DNA from: Myxococcota bacterium
GTDB taxonomy: Bacteria > Myxococcota_A > UBA9160 > SZUA-336
DNA: 64,000 nt
Direction: 5' to 3'
NCBI GenBank assembly: GCA_965247115.1
Contig: CBDFGR010000002.1
Coordinates: 736,001-800,000 of the forward strand
The position numbers and the translations under genes were made by a program. Every line of letters starts with the position of its first letter. Within the stretch, counting starts at the first letter, position 1. Shown here one piece after another: positions 21,815 through 31,399 of this stretch. The notes below the pieces were generated by a model. It worked only from the letters and a program-made list of their open reading frames with translations. It searched no databases and was not told the origin of the DNA.

Positions 21815-23374
21815 TTGTCGCCAACGCTGCGCCTGGTGGCGGTGGCGCTCGCTTGCGCGAGCTGCGCAGTCGTACAGCGTGAGAAGCCCGGACTGTCCGA
21901 CAGCATCGAGCATGAGAAAGCGCTGACTGCGGATATCCACCGGCAGATCCGCGACAACGCCCCCCTCGTGAGCGATCCCGTGCTGCTGGACCTTGTGTAC
22001 GAGGTGGGGGACCGGATTGTCGCCGTCACCGAGCCCCAGCCGTTCATCTACCGCTTCTTCATCATCGAAGACGACTCCCTCAACGCATTCACCATCGGGG
22101 GGGGCTATATCTATATTCATACGGGGACGCTCGCGCAGGTCGGTGACATTGCCGAGCTGGCAGGACTCCTGGCCCACGAGATCGCTCACGTGCGCAAGCG
22201 CCACATCGCCCGGCGAGGCGAGGGTCAGAACGTCGCAACGCTGACCACGCTTGCGAGCCTCGCGGCCGTGGCACTCGGTGCGGACCCCGGTGTCATCATC
22301 ATCGCGCAGGGCTTGAATGTCTCTCTGCAGCTCAAGCACACACGAACACACGAGGCAGAGTCGGATCGGGAGGGGGTCGGCTACCTGATCAAGGCTGGCT
22401 ACGACCCGTACGGAATGCAGCGTTTCTTCCAGCGCATCCAAGAGGCCTACCCGAGCCACGGCAACGAGATCCCCACCTACCTGTTCTCGCATCCGGCCAT
22501 CGATGAACGCATCGCGAGCATCCCGCTGCTCGTGGAGCGCAATGGCGGCGGGGCGGGACTGCAACGCGAGGATGTACGCCTCGCAGACATCCAGGCACGC
22601 CTGGCAAAGCTGAGCGAGCCGGTCGTGGGGGGATCCGGATTGAAGGCCCGAGCGGAATTTGATCGAGATCTGAGCGACCCGCTGCTGGCTCGTGCCAGCG
22701 ATACGCAGACCGATGAGCGCGCCCTCGATTTGCTGGGCCAGGCTGAGATCCTGGAGCCGAATGACCCCCGCATCTTCCTGCAGCGGGCAGAGATCCATGA
22801 GAGACGCGAGGACCTCGAGGCAGCGCTCGCGGATCTCGAGCGCGCCTTCGAGCTCGACCCCAGTACTCCCGTCGTTGCCCAGTCGCTCGGGCGCCTCCAC
22901 AAGAAGCTGGGTAATCCCTCGCGTGCGGTCCTCTACATGGAGCTAGCGATCGCCAACTATCGACCGGGCAGCCGGAAGCGCCAGCTCGCGGAGCTCGAGG
23001 TCGAGCGCATGGAGTTCCCGCTGCTCGAGAGCAGCACATTCTCCCGCCTGGAGCAGGGGGACGACGCGCTCGAGGATCACGGCGTGGAAGCGGCCCGCTT
23101 CACGCGGGGCGACGCGATCGTGTGGACAGGACGCGTCAGCGAGCGCTTCGATAAGCGGACCCCGCCCATCGAAGTGAGCTGGCGCTCGCCATCGGGTGAG
23201 GTCGTGTTGCACGAAACAGTGCGACCGAAGCGCAAGCGTACGGTCACGTCGACCTTCGACTCCACCGACGCCGAGCTGGGACAATGGACACTCGAGGTCG
23301 CCGTGGGAGAGACCTCGGAGGAACAGCTCTCGTTCGAGCTCGTAGAGGCCGACTCGCAGCGCCACGGCGCCTAG
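21815..23374 (+). CDS. M48-family metallopeptidase with TPRs (BepA-like), probable lipoprotein
   Basis: NAF..GG, HEIAH, ESDREG, SHP, TPR-like helices, lipobox-like ASC. Confidence 0.85.
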   Translation: MSPTLRLVAVALACASCAVVQREKPGLSDSIEHEKALTADIHRQIRDNAPLVSDPVLLDLVYEVGDRIVAVTEPQPFIYRFFIIEDDSLNAFTIGGGYIYIHTGTLAQVGDIAELAGLLAHEIAHVRKRHIARRGEGQNVATLTTLASLAAVALGADPGVIIIAQGLNVSLQLKHTRTHEAESDREGVGYLIKAGYDPYGMQRFFQRIQEAYPSHGNEIPTYLFSHPAIDERIASIPLLVERNGGGAGLQREDVRLADIQARLAKLSEPVVGGSGLKARAEFDRDLSDPLLARASDTQTDERALDLLGQAEILEPNDPRIFLQRAEIHERREDLEAALADLERAFELDPSTPVVAQSLGRLHKKLGNPSRAVLYMELAIANYRPGSRKRQLAELEVERMEFPLLESSTFSRLEQGDDALEDHGVEAARFTRGDAIVWTGRVSERFDKRTPPIEVSWRSPSGEVVLHETVRPKRKRTVTSTFDSTDAELGQWTLEVAVGETSEEQLSFELVEADSQRHGA

Positions 23375-24522
23375 TGGATCGGCCCACGGCGGCCGCCTAT
23401 GCGCGACACGCTGGCGAGTGGATCGCAGCGCGCGGACCCAGCCCCCTGGCCACGAAGCGTCTCGAACGCTTCGCCGCCAGGCTGCGCCGGGGAGCGCGAG
23501 TCGCGGACCTGGGTTCCGGCCCCGGCTGGTACGCGGAAATCTTGCAGGCGGGTGGCCTTGCGAGCGTCGCCCTCGATCTCACTCGCGAGATGTTGCGCGA
23601 GGCAGGACGCAGGTATCCCCACCTCCCGCGCGTGCAGGCGGACCTCGGCGCCCTGCCCTTCGCCCGCGGCTCGTTCGATGGCGCCTGGGCCATCAACTGC
23701 CTCTCTCATCTCTCGGCGGCAGAGCTGCCGCTCGCGCTCGCCCACCTACACCATTCGCTCCGTGTCGATGGCTTCATCGAGTTCACCCTGGTCGATCTCG
23801 AGACTGTTGACCCCACGGCGGACGAGCTCCGTCGCGGCACAACGCAGCGCCGCTTCGACGACGACCGCTTTGGCGGTCGGCTGTTCACCGCAGTCACAAA
23901 GGACCGCGCGCGGGTGCTGCTCGAGGGCGCTGGCTTCGACCGGATCCGGATCGAGCGTCCCGAGCAGCGACCCGTCTGGCTCTGGATCCGGGCGCGCAGG
24001 AGCTACACGCTCCCCGACTACCGACGCCCCGGTCTGGACTTGCTCGTCTGCGGGCTAAACCCGTCTCTCCGCGCGGCCGAGAGTGGGATCCCGTTCATCA
24101 CGGGGAGCAACCGCTTCTGGGCCGCCGCCACGAAGGCAGGGCTTGTCGGGCGCGAGCGCGATCCGTGGGATGCGCTCCGAAGGGGCCTGGGATTCACGGA
24201 TCTGGTCAAGCGCCCGACGCGAGGTGCGAACGAGCTCACCGTCGCCGAGTACGCCGCGGGCCTTGAGCGGCTCCGGCAGCGGGTCGGCGAGGAGCGACCG
24301 GGGGCAATCTGCTTTGTGGGTCTGGACGGTTGGCGGCGTGCCGTCGATCGCAGTGCCGAGCCCGGCTGGCTCGCGGATGGAGTCGGAGGCCGCCCGGCGT
24401 ACCTCATGCCGTCCACTTCCGGCCGCAACGCGCAAACGGACCTGACCACGCTGACCCGCCACCTGCGTCGCGCGGCGCGCGGCTCGAATCCTGGAGGCCA
24501 GCGGGCCCGCAACGACGCCTAG
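23374..24522 (+). CDS. Class I SAM methyltransferase fused to a Mug/TDG-type uracil-DNA glycosylase
   Basis: DLGSGPG and LPFARGSFD in the N-half; GLNPS, NRFW, TDLVKRPT, MPSTSGRNA in the C-half. Confidence 0.85.
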   Translation: MDRPTAAAYARHAGEWIAARGPSPLATKRLERFAARLRRGARVADLGSGPGWYAEILQAGGLASVALDLTREMLREAGRRYPHLPRVQADLGALPFARGSFDGAWAINCLSHLSAAELPLALAHLHHSLRVDGFIEFTLVDLETVDPTADELRRGTTQRRFDDDRFGGRLFTAVTKDRARVLLEGAGFDRIRIERPEQRPVWLWIRARRSYTLPDYRRPGLDLLVCGLNPSLRAAESGIPFITGSNRFWAAATKAGLVGRERDPWDALRRGLGFTDLVKRPTRGANELTVAEYAAGLERLRQRVGEERPGAICFVGLDGWRRAVDRSAEPGWLADGVGGRPAYLMPSTSGRNAQTDLTTLTRHLRRAARGSNPGGQRARNDA

Positions 24523-25797
24523 CAGGCTGCGGAGAAAGTGACTGGTTGAGGGGTGGTCCTTCCGACGAGGGGGTTCACCGGCCGAGGGGCGGGGCGCGAT
24601 TCCCGGTTCGAACCGGTCTTGGGCTCCGCTGATCGCGGGGCGGTTTCGCACATGACCTACGTGGCCTCCAGCAGCTTGCGGATCCGGATCAGGTTGTAGG
24701 CTGCGGCCGTGAAGGTGAAGACCCAGCCGACCCGATCCGTGCCGCGGTGTCGGGTCTTGCGCATCAGCCCCACGGTCTTCATCCAGCCGAAGACCTCTTC
24801 CACCCGTTTGCGAAAACGCTGACTCAGTTCGTAGCCCCGGTGGCGCGTCGTCCGCCCGTCGATCGCGCTGCGTCGATTCGTCGTGTTCTGCGCCACGTGT
24901 GGGGTCACGCCCAACTCTCGAAGCTCTTCCACGAACCCCTTCGTGTCGAAGCCCTTGTCTCCGCCCAATGTCCTCCGACGCCCGCCTCCCAGACCTTCCA
25001 CCATCTCGAGCGCCGCTTCGCGCTCCGCATATCCCGACGCCTGCGTGAGCTTCGCCGCGACCACCAAGCCGTTCCGGTTCTCCGTCACCACGTGTCCCTG
25101 GTACGCGAGTCGGGCGCCTTGGCCTCTCATACCGGCGAGTCGTGCGTCGGGATCCGTCGTCGACGCATGCGTCTGGTTGCTCCGCTTCTCGCCTCGGAAG
25201 TTCACCGTCGGGTTGCCCGGGTCATCGTCGTCTCTCCGTTCCTCGTCCTTCCGTACGAAGCTCTTCTGGCTCGCCCACGCCTCGATCAGCGTCCCGTCTA
25301 CCGTGAAGTGCTCCAACGACACCCATCCCTCGGTCTCGGCCTGCTCCAGCACTGCGTCGAAGAAGTGCTCGGCAATCTCGCCCTTGAGCAGCCGGTCTCG
25401 GTTCTTCGTGAACACCGTGGCGCTGAACACCACCTCGTCAAGCTCCAGACCCACGAACCAGCGATACAGCAGGTTGTACTCCAGCTGCTCCACCAGCTGC
25501 CGCTCGCTCCGGATGGTGTAGAGCACCTGCAGCAGCAGGGCGCGCAGCAGCTGCTCCGGGGGCACGGACGGGCGCCCTACGCCTCTGGCGTAGATCGCGT
25601 CGAAGCGCGGCGATAGCCGCTGCAGCGCCGTGTCGACCATGCGCCGCATCGCTCGAAGCGGATGATCATCCGGAATCCGCGACTCCAGCGACACGTAGCT
25701 GAACATCCCGCCCTGAAGCGTCCCCTGTCCTCTCACGCCTCCCCCTTTGGGGCTCGCTCCCAAGGTACCCTTCGATGAGGAGTTTTTCAGCAGCCTG
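24523..25797 (-). mobile_element. IS5-family insertion sequence
   Basis: Imperfect IRs caggctgcggagaaagt / caggctgctgaaaaact; CTAG duplicated at 24519-24522 and 25798-25801. Confidence 0.9.
24657..25736 (-). CDS. IS5-family DDE transposase
   Basis: GRPSVPPEQLLRA, SERQL, VDGTLIEAWAS, STTDPDA, GGDKGFD, RKRVEEVFGW.K. Confidence 0.92.
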   Translation of the reverse strand: MRGQGTLQGGMFSYVSLESRIPDDHPLRAMRRMVDTALQRLSPRFDAIYARGVGRPSVPPEQLLRALLLQVLYTIRSERQLVEQLEYNLLYRWFVGLELDEVVFSATVFTKNRDRLLKGEIAEHFFDAVLEQAETEGWVSLEHFTVDGTLIEAWASQKSFVRKDEERRDDDDPGNPTVNFRGEKRSNQTHASTTDPDARLAGMRGQGARLAYQGHVVTENRNGLVVAAKLTQASGYAEREAALEMVEGLGGGRRRTLGGDKGFDTKGFVEELRELGVTPHVAQNTTNRRSAIDGRTTRHRGYELSQRFRKRVEEVFGWMKTVGLMRKTRHRGTDRVGWVFTFTAAAYNLIRIRKLLEAT

Positions 25798-25829
25798 CTA
25801 GGGGCAATGCGCCTATACTCGCCCGACGC

Positions 25830-25928
<99 letters not shown>

Positions 25929-26047
25929 CGAGAAGGCCGCTCCGGTCGTTAGAGCACACAGAACACGCGGAGCAGCCGTTTCAGAGTCCTCCTATTTGTC
26001 ACGGCTGTGTCACGGGGTTCTAATCCCGTCGGTCAAGAGGAGAAGCC

Positions 26048-26311
26048 GTGAGAAACGCCGCGCGCGTGGAGATCGAGGAGCGGATCTTGGAGTGGCAGGC
26101 GCAACTCGATTACGAAAAGAGCCGCGACTGCTGGAGCGGCAAGGAGAACGCCAAGATCATGCTCGCCGCTCACTACCGAGTGTACTTCGATCTGTTCCGC
26201 GAGGACTTCCGAGAGCTCCAATCCGAGGCGCTTGGCGAAGAGATCAAGCCGAACGGTAAGGACCGACCGACGCCTCCCAACACCGTCGGTCCAAGGAGCC
26301 AGAGTGAGTAA
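26048..26311 (+). CDS. Hypothetical phage-like protein
   Basis: First of a chain of short ORFs with overlapping start/stop codons after selC. Confidence 0.5.
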   Translation: MRNAARVEIEERILEWQAQLDYEKSRDCWSGKENAKIMLAAHYRVYFDLFREDFRELQSEALGEEIKPNGKDRPTPPNTVGPRSQSE

Positions 26312-26627
26312 GCTAGAGCTAACGCTAGCCATCACATTCTTTTTGGTAGGCGTCTCGATGATCTATGCCGCGGAGCCCAAGGTCATAGATGAGGGCGTGA
26401 TTTTTGACGCAGACACCATCGGCTTCTACACCATCACGCCCCCGATCAATCCCTGCACCGGAAAGATAGACGAGAGGGACGACGCAGGGTGGGCGGAGTG
26501 GAGGAGCACCTCGGGGAAGATGTGGCTCGTTTGCTTGCGAGACCCGACGCCTGTGACTGGTGGGCTTCCCTACTGGGAGTTCTTGGAGCCGACGGGTACA
26601 GACCCAGCGGGTCAGGAGGGAGAATGA
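26304..26627 (+). CDS. Hypothetical protein with signal peptide
   Basis: AAGGAG Shine-Dalgarno, GTG start, hydrophobic N-terminus. Confidence 0.5.
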   Translation: MSKLELTLAITFFLVGVSMIYAAEPKVIDEGVIFDADTIGFYTITPPINPCTGKIDERDDAGWAEWRSTSGKMWLVCLRDPTPVTGGLPYWEFLEPTGTDPAGQEGE

Positions 26628-26959
26628 GCCACACGCCTACGCCGTGGATGTATCAAGAGCGCGGGCCGCGAGAAGTAAAGCTTCTCCGGGTTCACTATGA
26701 GATCGGCTCTCAGGCAAATGGGGAAGGAATCGGACTTGCTTTTGGCGACGATGAAGTGAACGCCGAGCACATCGTCCGCTGCGTGAACTCCCACGACGCG
26801 CTCGTAGAGGCGCTGCTCGAGGCGCAAATGGAGCTGCTCCATGTCGCCGGGGGGCAGGGTAAGCCTGAGGCTGCGAAGGACATGCTCCCCCGCATCCGGG
26901 ACGCACTCAACTTGGCCGATGGACTGACGGGCAGCCAACCCGCGGGTCAAGGAGACTGA
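26624..26959 (+). CDS. Phage-type hypothetical protein (HTPxPW N-terminus)
   Basis: MSHTPTPW...NAEHIVRCVNSHDALVEAL pattern typical of small phage proteins. Confidence 0.65.
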   Translation: MSHTPTPWMYQERGPREVKLLRVHYEIGSQANGEGIGLAFGDDEVNAEHIVRCVNSHDALVEALLEAQMELLHVAGGQGKPEAAKDMLPRIRDALNLADGLTGSQPAGQGD

Positions 26960-27497
26960 GTGCTGGTCCGTGGCGACGCTCGAGCGATTCCTCTGGCCGA
27001 CCAGGTGGCCGACTGCGTCGTGACCAGCCCTCCGTACTGGGGCCTGGCGGACCTACGAGATCGATGGCCAGATCGGCCTCGAGGAGACGCCCGCTGAGTA
27101 CCTCGAGGAGCTCCTGGCCGTGTTCCGGGAGGTACACCGCGTCCTCAAGCCAGAGGGGACGCTCTGGCTCAACCTGGGCGACTGCTACGTCTCTGCCCCG
27201 AGCAGCGACCACGGCTGGGACAAGAGCACGCTGACGCTGCCGAAGAGCCGCGAGCGCAAGATCCAGGCGGCGGCGCAGAAGGCCTCGCGGCTCAAGGGCC
27301 GGAAGTTCGAGGGCCTCAAGCCAAAGGACATGGTCGGGATGCCCTGGACGGTCGCGCTCGCGCTGCGCAACGAAGGCTGGTATCTGCGGCGGGACATCAT
27401 CTGGCACAAGCTATCGCCAATGCCCGAGGCAGTGATCGCCCAACGGCTGCGCACGAGTACCTGTTCCTGCTGGCCAAGTCTCGCCGCTACTACTACG
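26960..27497 (+). pseudogene. Phage-type N4/N6 DNA methyltransferase, frameshifted and truncated
   Basis: VTSPPYWGL, GQIGLEET, LWLNLGD.Y, IIWHK..PMPE, HEYLFLL across two frameshifts; cut by the IS IR at 27498. Confidence 0.85.
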
Positions 27498-27579
27498 GGC
27501 ACTGCCTCAGTCTGAAATCTTGAGCGGCTGATCTCCCGCTACCGGACCATGCTGCATTTCTCTATCCTTGCCGCTAAGC

Positions 27580-27816
27580 ATGGCGAAGCGGACAAAGAAG
27601 AAGCGCCCCCGAGACGTGATCGGAAACGCCGTGCGCGTGATGCGGGTCGCGACTGGTGAGGAAGACGCGGAGACGGCGGAGGAGACCGAGGAAAGCCCTG
27701 CTGCCCAGCTCGGCCGGAAGGGCGGCGAGGCCCGGGCGAAGCGTCTGACTTCTGAGCAGCGGCGCGAGATCGCCAAGAAGGGCGCGGCGGCTCGCTGGGG
27801 CAAGCGTAAGGAATAA
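27580..27816 (+). CDS. Small basic IS-associated protein
   Basis: RPRD...A......ATGE and LGRKGG.ARA..L....R.EIAKK.A.ARW pattern. Confidence 0.75.
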   Translation: MAKRTKKKRPRDVIGNAVRVMRVATGEEDAETAEETEESPAAQLGRKGGEARAKRLTSEQRREIAKKGAAARWGKRKE

Positions 27817-27898
27817 TCCGAGGAATATTCCTCTTGACTTTGGGTCGCTCTCTGGCGAAACTCCTGGCATCGCGCGACTGCACGATGGGGGTGAGCCA

Positions 27899-28450
27899 AT
27901 GACCAAGCGACCGATGATCGAGGTGATGGCTTGCATGGATCCTTATCTCGATGACCTCAATGCGATCTGCCACGAGGCCGTGACGACGTATCAGGGAAAG
28001 GAATATAGCGATCGCGTCCGTTTGGAGCACACCCCAAGCACTCAGGCGAACTGCATCCACTCGCACATGGTCGCCGGCGCCCATCGCCTTCTCTCGGACC
28101 GGCCCGGTATCAGATTCCTCGAAGTGCGGGGTCTGAACATCTGGCTCTTCGGCTCGGAAGTGATCGTGAGGTTCAAGAAAATGGATCCCAGTGGACGGTC
28201 GCAAAACTACCAGACGCAGCAGGCAAAGGACTATGACGGCGGTGATGATCTGCCCGGCGTTCCACCGCCAGCTTGTCGGGTGACCGTTGGCTACGTGCTC
28301 GACCCACCGGGCTCTGGGATTCGCCGAGTTCAAGTCGCGCGTCCTTTCGGGCAGCAGGTCGAATGGTGTGCGGCGATCGTGCCTCCAGACGGGCGTCTGC
28401 CGGGAGCGCGGCTCTGGATCGATGTGACAAGTCAAAGGAATTTCGGCTAA
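27899..28450 (+). CDS. Hypothetical protein, candidate toxin partner of the downstream ImmA/IrrE protein (RmrT-like)
   Basis: 183-aa ORF 21 bp upstream of an HTH-M78 gene; RFKK and GY.L motifs; function inferred from context. Confidence 0.55.
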   Translation: MTKRPMIEVMACMDPYLDDLNAICHEAVTTYQGKEYSDRVRLEHTPSTQANCIHSHMVAGAHRLLSDRPGIRFLEVRGLNIWLFGSEVIVRFKKMDPSGRSQNYQTQQAKDYDGGDDLPGVPPPACRVTVGYVLDPPGSGIRRVQVARPFGQQVEWCAAIVPPDGRLPGARLWIDVTSQRNFG

Positions 28451-28471
28451 CTCATTCCGCGGAGCGGCACC

Positions 28472-29569
28472 GTGGACGAGTTCAATCATGAAATGCTCAT
28501 CCTCGCGCGTGAAGCGCGAGGCTTCACGCAAAGTGCGCTGGCAATGCGTATCTCTGTCGGGCAGGGCACGCTCTCGAAGTTCGAGACAGGAGTCGCGCAG
28601 CCTCAACGCAGGACCGTCACCGCTCTGGCCCGCGCTCTCGGCTATCCAGAGGCGTTTTTCCGCGAGCCTGGACATGCCTACGGATTCCCGCCGTTCCATT
28701 ACCGAAGGCGCAAGAAGCTGTCGGCGAAGGCGCTCGGTCGGATCATCGCGGAGATGAACATTCGGAGGCTTCACGTCCGCAAGCTTGCGCTCTCCTACCC
28801 CCCTCCTGCGAGCACCCTCATCCCCGAGATCGACATGGATGAGTACCAGGGAACCGACAGCCGCGTGCCTTCCGCGGAGGATGTTGCGCGGTCAGTCCGC
28901 GAGGCTTGGATGCTCTCCAGTGGGCCAGTGCCGAACATGATGGAGTTGATCGAGCAGAACGGCGGCATCGTGGTTCCCTTCGCGTTCAAGACCGCGCTGC
29001 TCGACGCGATGAGCCAGCGTATCGACGGAATGCCAGTTCTGTTCTTCGTGAACGTCAATTCACCTGCGGACCGGGTTCGCTACACGCTGGCCCACGAGTT
29101 GGGCCATATGTGCTTGCACACGACGGCACTCAAGAGCGACGAAGAGATGGAGCGTGAGGCCGACGCGTTCGCGGGTGCGTTTCTCTTGCCTGCCGACGAG
29201 ATCAAATCACAGCTACGACGCTTCGACCTCAGACACGTCGCGAACATGAAGGCGTATTGGAAGGTCGCCATGCAGGCGATCGCCGTGCGTGCTCATCGAC
29301 TGAATCTCATCACGCCGTACCAGTACAAGATGTTCTGGATCGAGATGGGGAAACTCGGCTATCGCCGACGCGAGCCGAACGAGCCCCTGCGCGAGACTCC
29401 GACGCTTCTGCACAGGATGGTTGCGTTCCATCGGAGCGAGCTTGGCTACTCGGTCGAAGATATGGCGAAACTACTCTGCCTCGAAGTGCCCGAATTTACG
29501 CTGATGTACGGGGCAGACGCCCCGTATGAGCCCGAAGTGGGTCGCAATCATCTTCGCCTCGTAAAGTGA
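28472..29569 (+). CDS. XRE HTH plus ImmA/IrrE (M78) metallopeptidase (RmrA-like antitoxin)
   Basis: AREARGFTQSALA...LSKFETG HTH; RYTLAHELGH; EREADAFAGAFLLP. Confidence 0.92.
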   Translation: MDEFNHEMLILAREARGFTQSALAMRISVGQGTLSKFETGVAQPQRRTVTALARALGYPEAFFREPGHAYGFPPFHYRRRKKLSAKALGRIIAEMNIRRLHVRKLALSYPPPASTLIPEIDMDEYQGTDSRVPSAEDVARSVREAWMLSSGPVPNMMELIEQNGGIVVPFAFKTALLDAMSQRIDGMPVLFFVNVNSPADRVRYTLAHELGHMCLHTTALKSDEEMEREADAFAGAFLLPADEIKSQLRRFDLRHVANMKAYWKVAMQAIAVRAHRLNLITPYQYKMFWIEMGKLGYRRREPNEPLRETPTLLHRMVAFHRSELGYSVEDMAKLLCLEVPEFTLMYGADAPYEPEVGRNHLRLVK

Positions 29570-29579
29570 ACTTATTTGC

Positions 29580-29608
29580 TTGACGTTAGGCATAAAAGTT
29601 CATATAAT
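29580..29608 (+). promoter_or_regulatory. Sigma70-type promoter of the transposase
   Basis: TTGACG-17 bp-TATAAT, 6 bp before ATG 29615 (possibly a leaderless mRNA). Confidence 0.7.
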
Positions 29609-29614
29609 GAGGCT

Positions 29615-30496
29615 ATGAACAGGTTGCCCCTTGAGAAGCGCGTCCAGATCCTATCGATGCTCTGCGAGGGCTCGTCTATGCGCTCGGTTTCCCGAGTGGC
29701 AGATGTGTCGATCAACACAGTCACCAAGCTTCTGGTAGATGCCGGAAATGCTTGCGCCGGGTTCCATGATGAGACGGTTCGCGGCGTTAGGGCGCAGCGT
29801 ATCCAGTGCGACGAGATCTGGTCGTTCTGCTACGCAAAGGCCAAGAACGTCCCAAACGCAAAGTCTGCGCCCGGATATGCAGGAGATGTCTGGACCTGGA
29901 CCGCACTCGATAGCGATAGCAAGCTACTTGTTTCGTATCTGATCGGTGGTCGCGATACAGAGTATGCCGTGGCGTTCATGAACGATCTGCGTTCGCGTCT
30001 TGCCAACCGTGTGCAACTCAGCACCGACGGGCATCGCGCCTATCTGAGCGCCGTCGAGGATGCATTCGCGGACGACGTAGATTATGGACAGATCATCAAG
30101 ATCTACGGAGAGCCACCGGGTCAGGACAAGCGCTATGGCCCCGCTATCTACAAGGGTACGCGCAAGTCGCGCGTGATCGGCTACCCAGATCCGCGGTACG
30201 TTTCGACTTCGCACATTGAGCGCAGCAACCTCTCATTTAGAATGCATATGCGCAGATTTACGCGGCTGACCAATGCACACTCAAAAAAGTTCGCGAATCA
30301 CTGTCACATGGTCGCTCTATACACAGTCTGGTACAACTTTGCTCGGCTTCACAAGTCCATACGGATGTCGCCGGCACTGGCTGCCGGGATCTCCGATCAT
30401 CTGTGGGACATGGCCGATATCGTCGGGCTGGTTGAGAAGGCCGAAGCGTCACGCTCCCGGGAGCGTGGCTCCTACCAGAAACGAGTTTCAAACTGA
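29615..30496 (+). CDS. IS1-family DDE transposase
   Basis: N-terminal HTH (LCEGSSMRSVSR), QCDEIWSF, STDG..AY, TSHIERSNLSFR...RRFTR. Confidence 0.9.
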   Translation: MNRLPLEKRVQILSMLCEGSSMRSVSRVADVSINTVTKLLVDAGNACAGFHDETVRGVRAQRIQCDEIWSFCYAKAKNVPNAKSAPGYAGDVWTWTALDSDSKLLVSYLIGGRDTEYAVAFMNDLRSRLANRVQLSTDGHRAYLSAVEDAFADDVDYGQIIKIYGEPPGQDKRYGPAIYKGTRKSRVIGYPDPRYVSTSHIERSNLSFRMHMRRFTRLTNAHSKKFANHCHMVALYTVWYNFARLHKSIRMSPALAAGISDHLWDMADIVGLVEKAEASRSRERGSYQKRVSN

Positions 30497-30505
30497 GGCA
30501 GTACC

Positions 30506-30668
30506 GAATGGTTGGGTTGCGAGTCGGGTTCGCGGCAGCCACCACCAATTCACTCACCCTGACAGGGCCGGCGTCGTCACTGTGCCACATCCGAAGAAAG
30601 ACCTACCGATTGGAACGGCACGTAACATCTACCGTCAAGCCCAGTTGAAGTGGAGGGATCGCACATGA
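30506..30668 (+). pseudogene. hicA: HicA toxin, 5'-truncated
   Basis: GW...RVRGSHHQFTHP....VTVPHPKKDLPIGT; start region replaced by the IS IR. Confidence 0.85.
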
Positions 30669-31078
30669 GGTATCCCATCGTCGTCCACAAGGACGAAAGG
30701 AGCTGCTACGGCGCTACCGTGCCGGATCTTCCTGGCTGCTTCTCGGCCGGAGATACGCTGGACGAGGCGATTGAAGCCGCCCACGAGGCAATCGCTTTTC
30801 ACCTTGAGGGCTTGCTCATGCGGGGCGAGCCGATCCCCGCACCATCGCCGCTGGAGGTACACCAAGCCGATGAGCATCTCGCCGACGGAGTCTTCGCGAT
30901 CGTCACCGTTGACATCTCGAAGCTCTCGAGCAAGGCCGTGCGAGTCAACATCACGGTTCCAGCCCGCGTGCTCGCGATCATCGATGAAGCCGCGTCGCGG
31001 GAAGGAGAAACGCGCTCCGGGCTGATGACGCAGGCGGCGCTCCGTTATGTGGAGCAACAGACGAATGAGGGCAGGTGA
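30665..31078 (+). CDS. hicB: HicB antitoxin
   Basis: YG.TVPDLPGCFSAGDTLDEA; C-terminal RVNITVP ribbon-helix-helix. Confidence 0.93.
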   Translation: MRYPIVVHKDERSCYGATVPDLPGCFSAGDTLDEAIEAAHEAIAFHLEGLLMRGEPIPAPSPLEVHQADEHLADGVFAIVTVDISKLSSKAVRVNITVPARVLAIIDEAASREGETRSGLMTQAALRYVEQQTNEGR

Positions 31079-31244
31079 GCCCATTCCAAAACCGCTTCAC
31101 CGCTACTCCGTGGTAGCCTGACCGTATGACCCCGGACGAGTCTGCGCGTCCCAACAGGAGACCGCTACGGAACTTAGGTTCCTCCCCAAGGCGAAAACGC
31201 GGAGCTAAGTCTGGCCCCTCCGACTCAGAAAGAAGACCCACACA

Positions 31245-31320
31245 ATGAAGAAGAAGGAAATGGAGGCACTCGAGGCCGACGGTTGGGGGATCGGGACCTC
31301 CCAAGAGCTCCTGAACCTCT
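31245..31320 (+). pseudogene. N-terminal fragment of an XRE-type antitoxin/regulator
   Basis: MKKKEMEALEADGWGIGTSQELLNLS resembles the 'LE..GW..G....FL.LS' N-terminus; similarity then stops. Confidence 0.4.
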
Positions 31321-31399
31321 CGGGCGGACCATCGTGGGACTGCAACGGGTGGAGGGCAAGCGTCTCATGCTCCGGCCACCCAAGTCGGTCAGGGGCTAG

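Larger units (their letters stand above)
27498..30505 (+). mobile_element. IS1-family element with three passenger genes
   Basis: 20-bp IRs ggcactgcctcagtctgaaa / ggtactgcctcagtttgaaa (2 mismatches); transposase stop lies in the right IR; no TSD. Confidence 0.85.

Noticed and set aside
263..24512. Many long antisense or alternative-frame ORFs (e.g. 1412-3178, 19007-20419, 20544-21926)
   Set aside because: Shadow ORFs of GC-rich genes with no recognisable motifs
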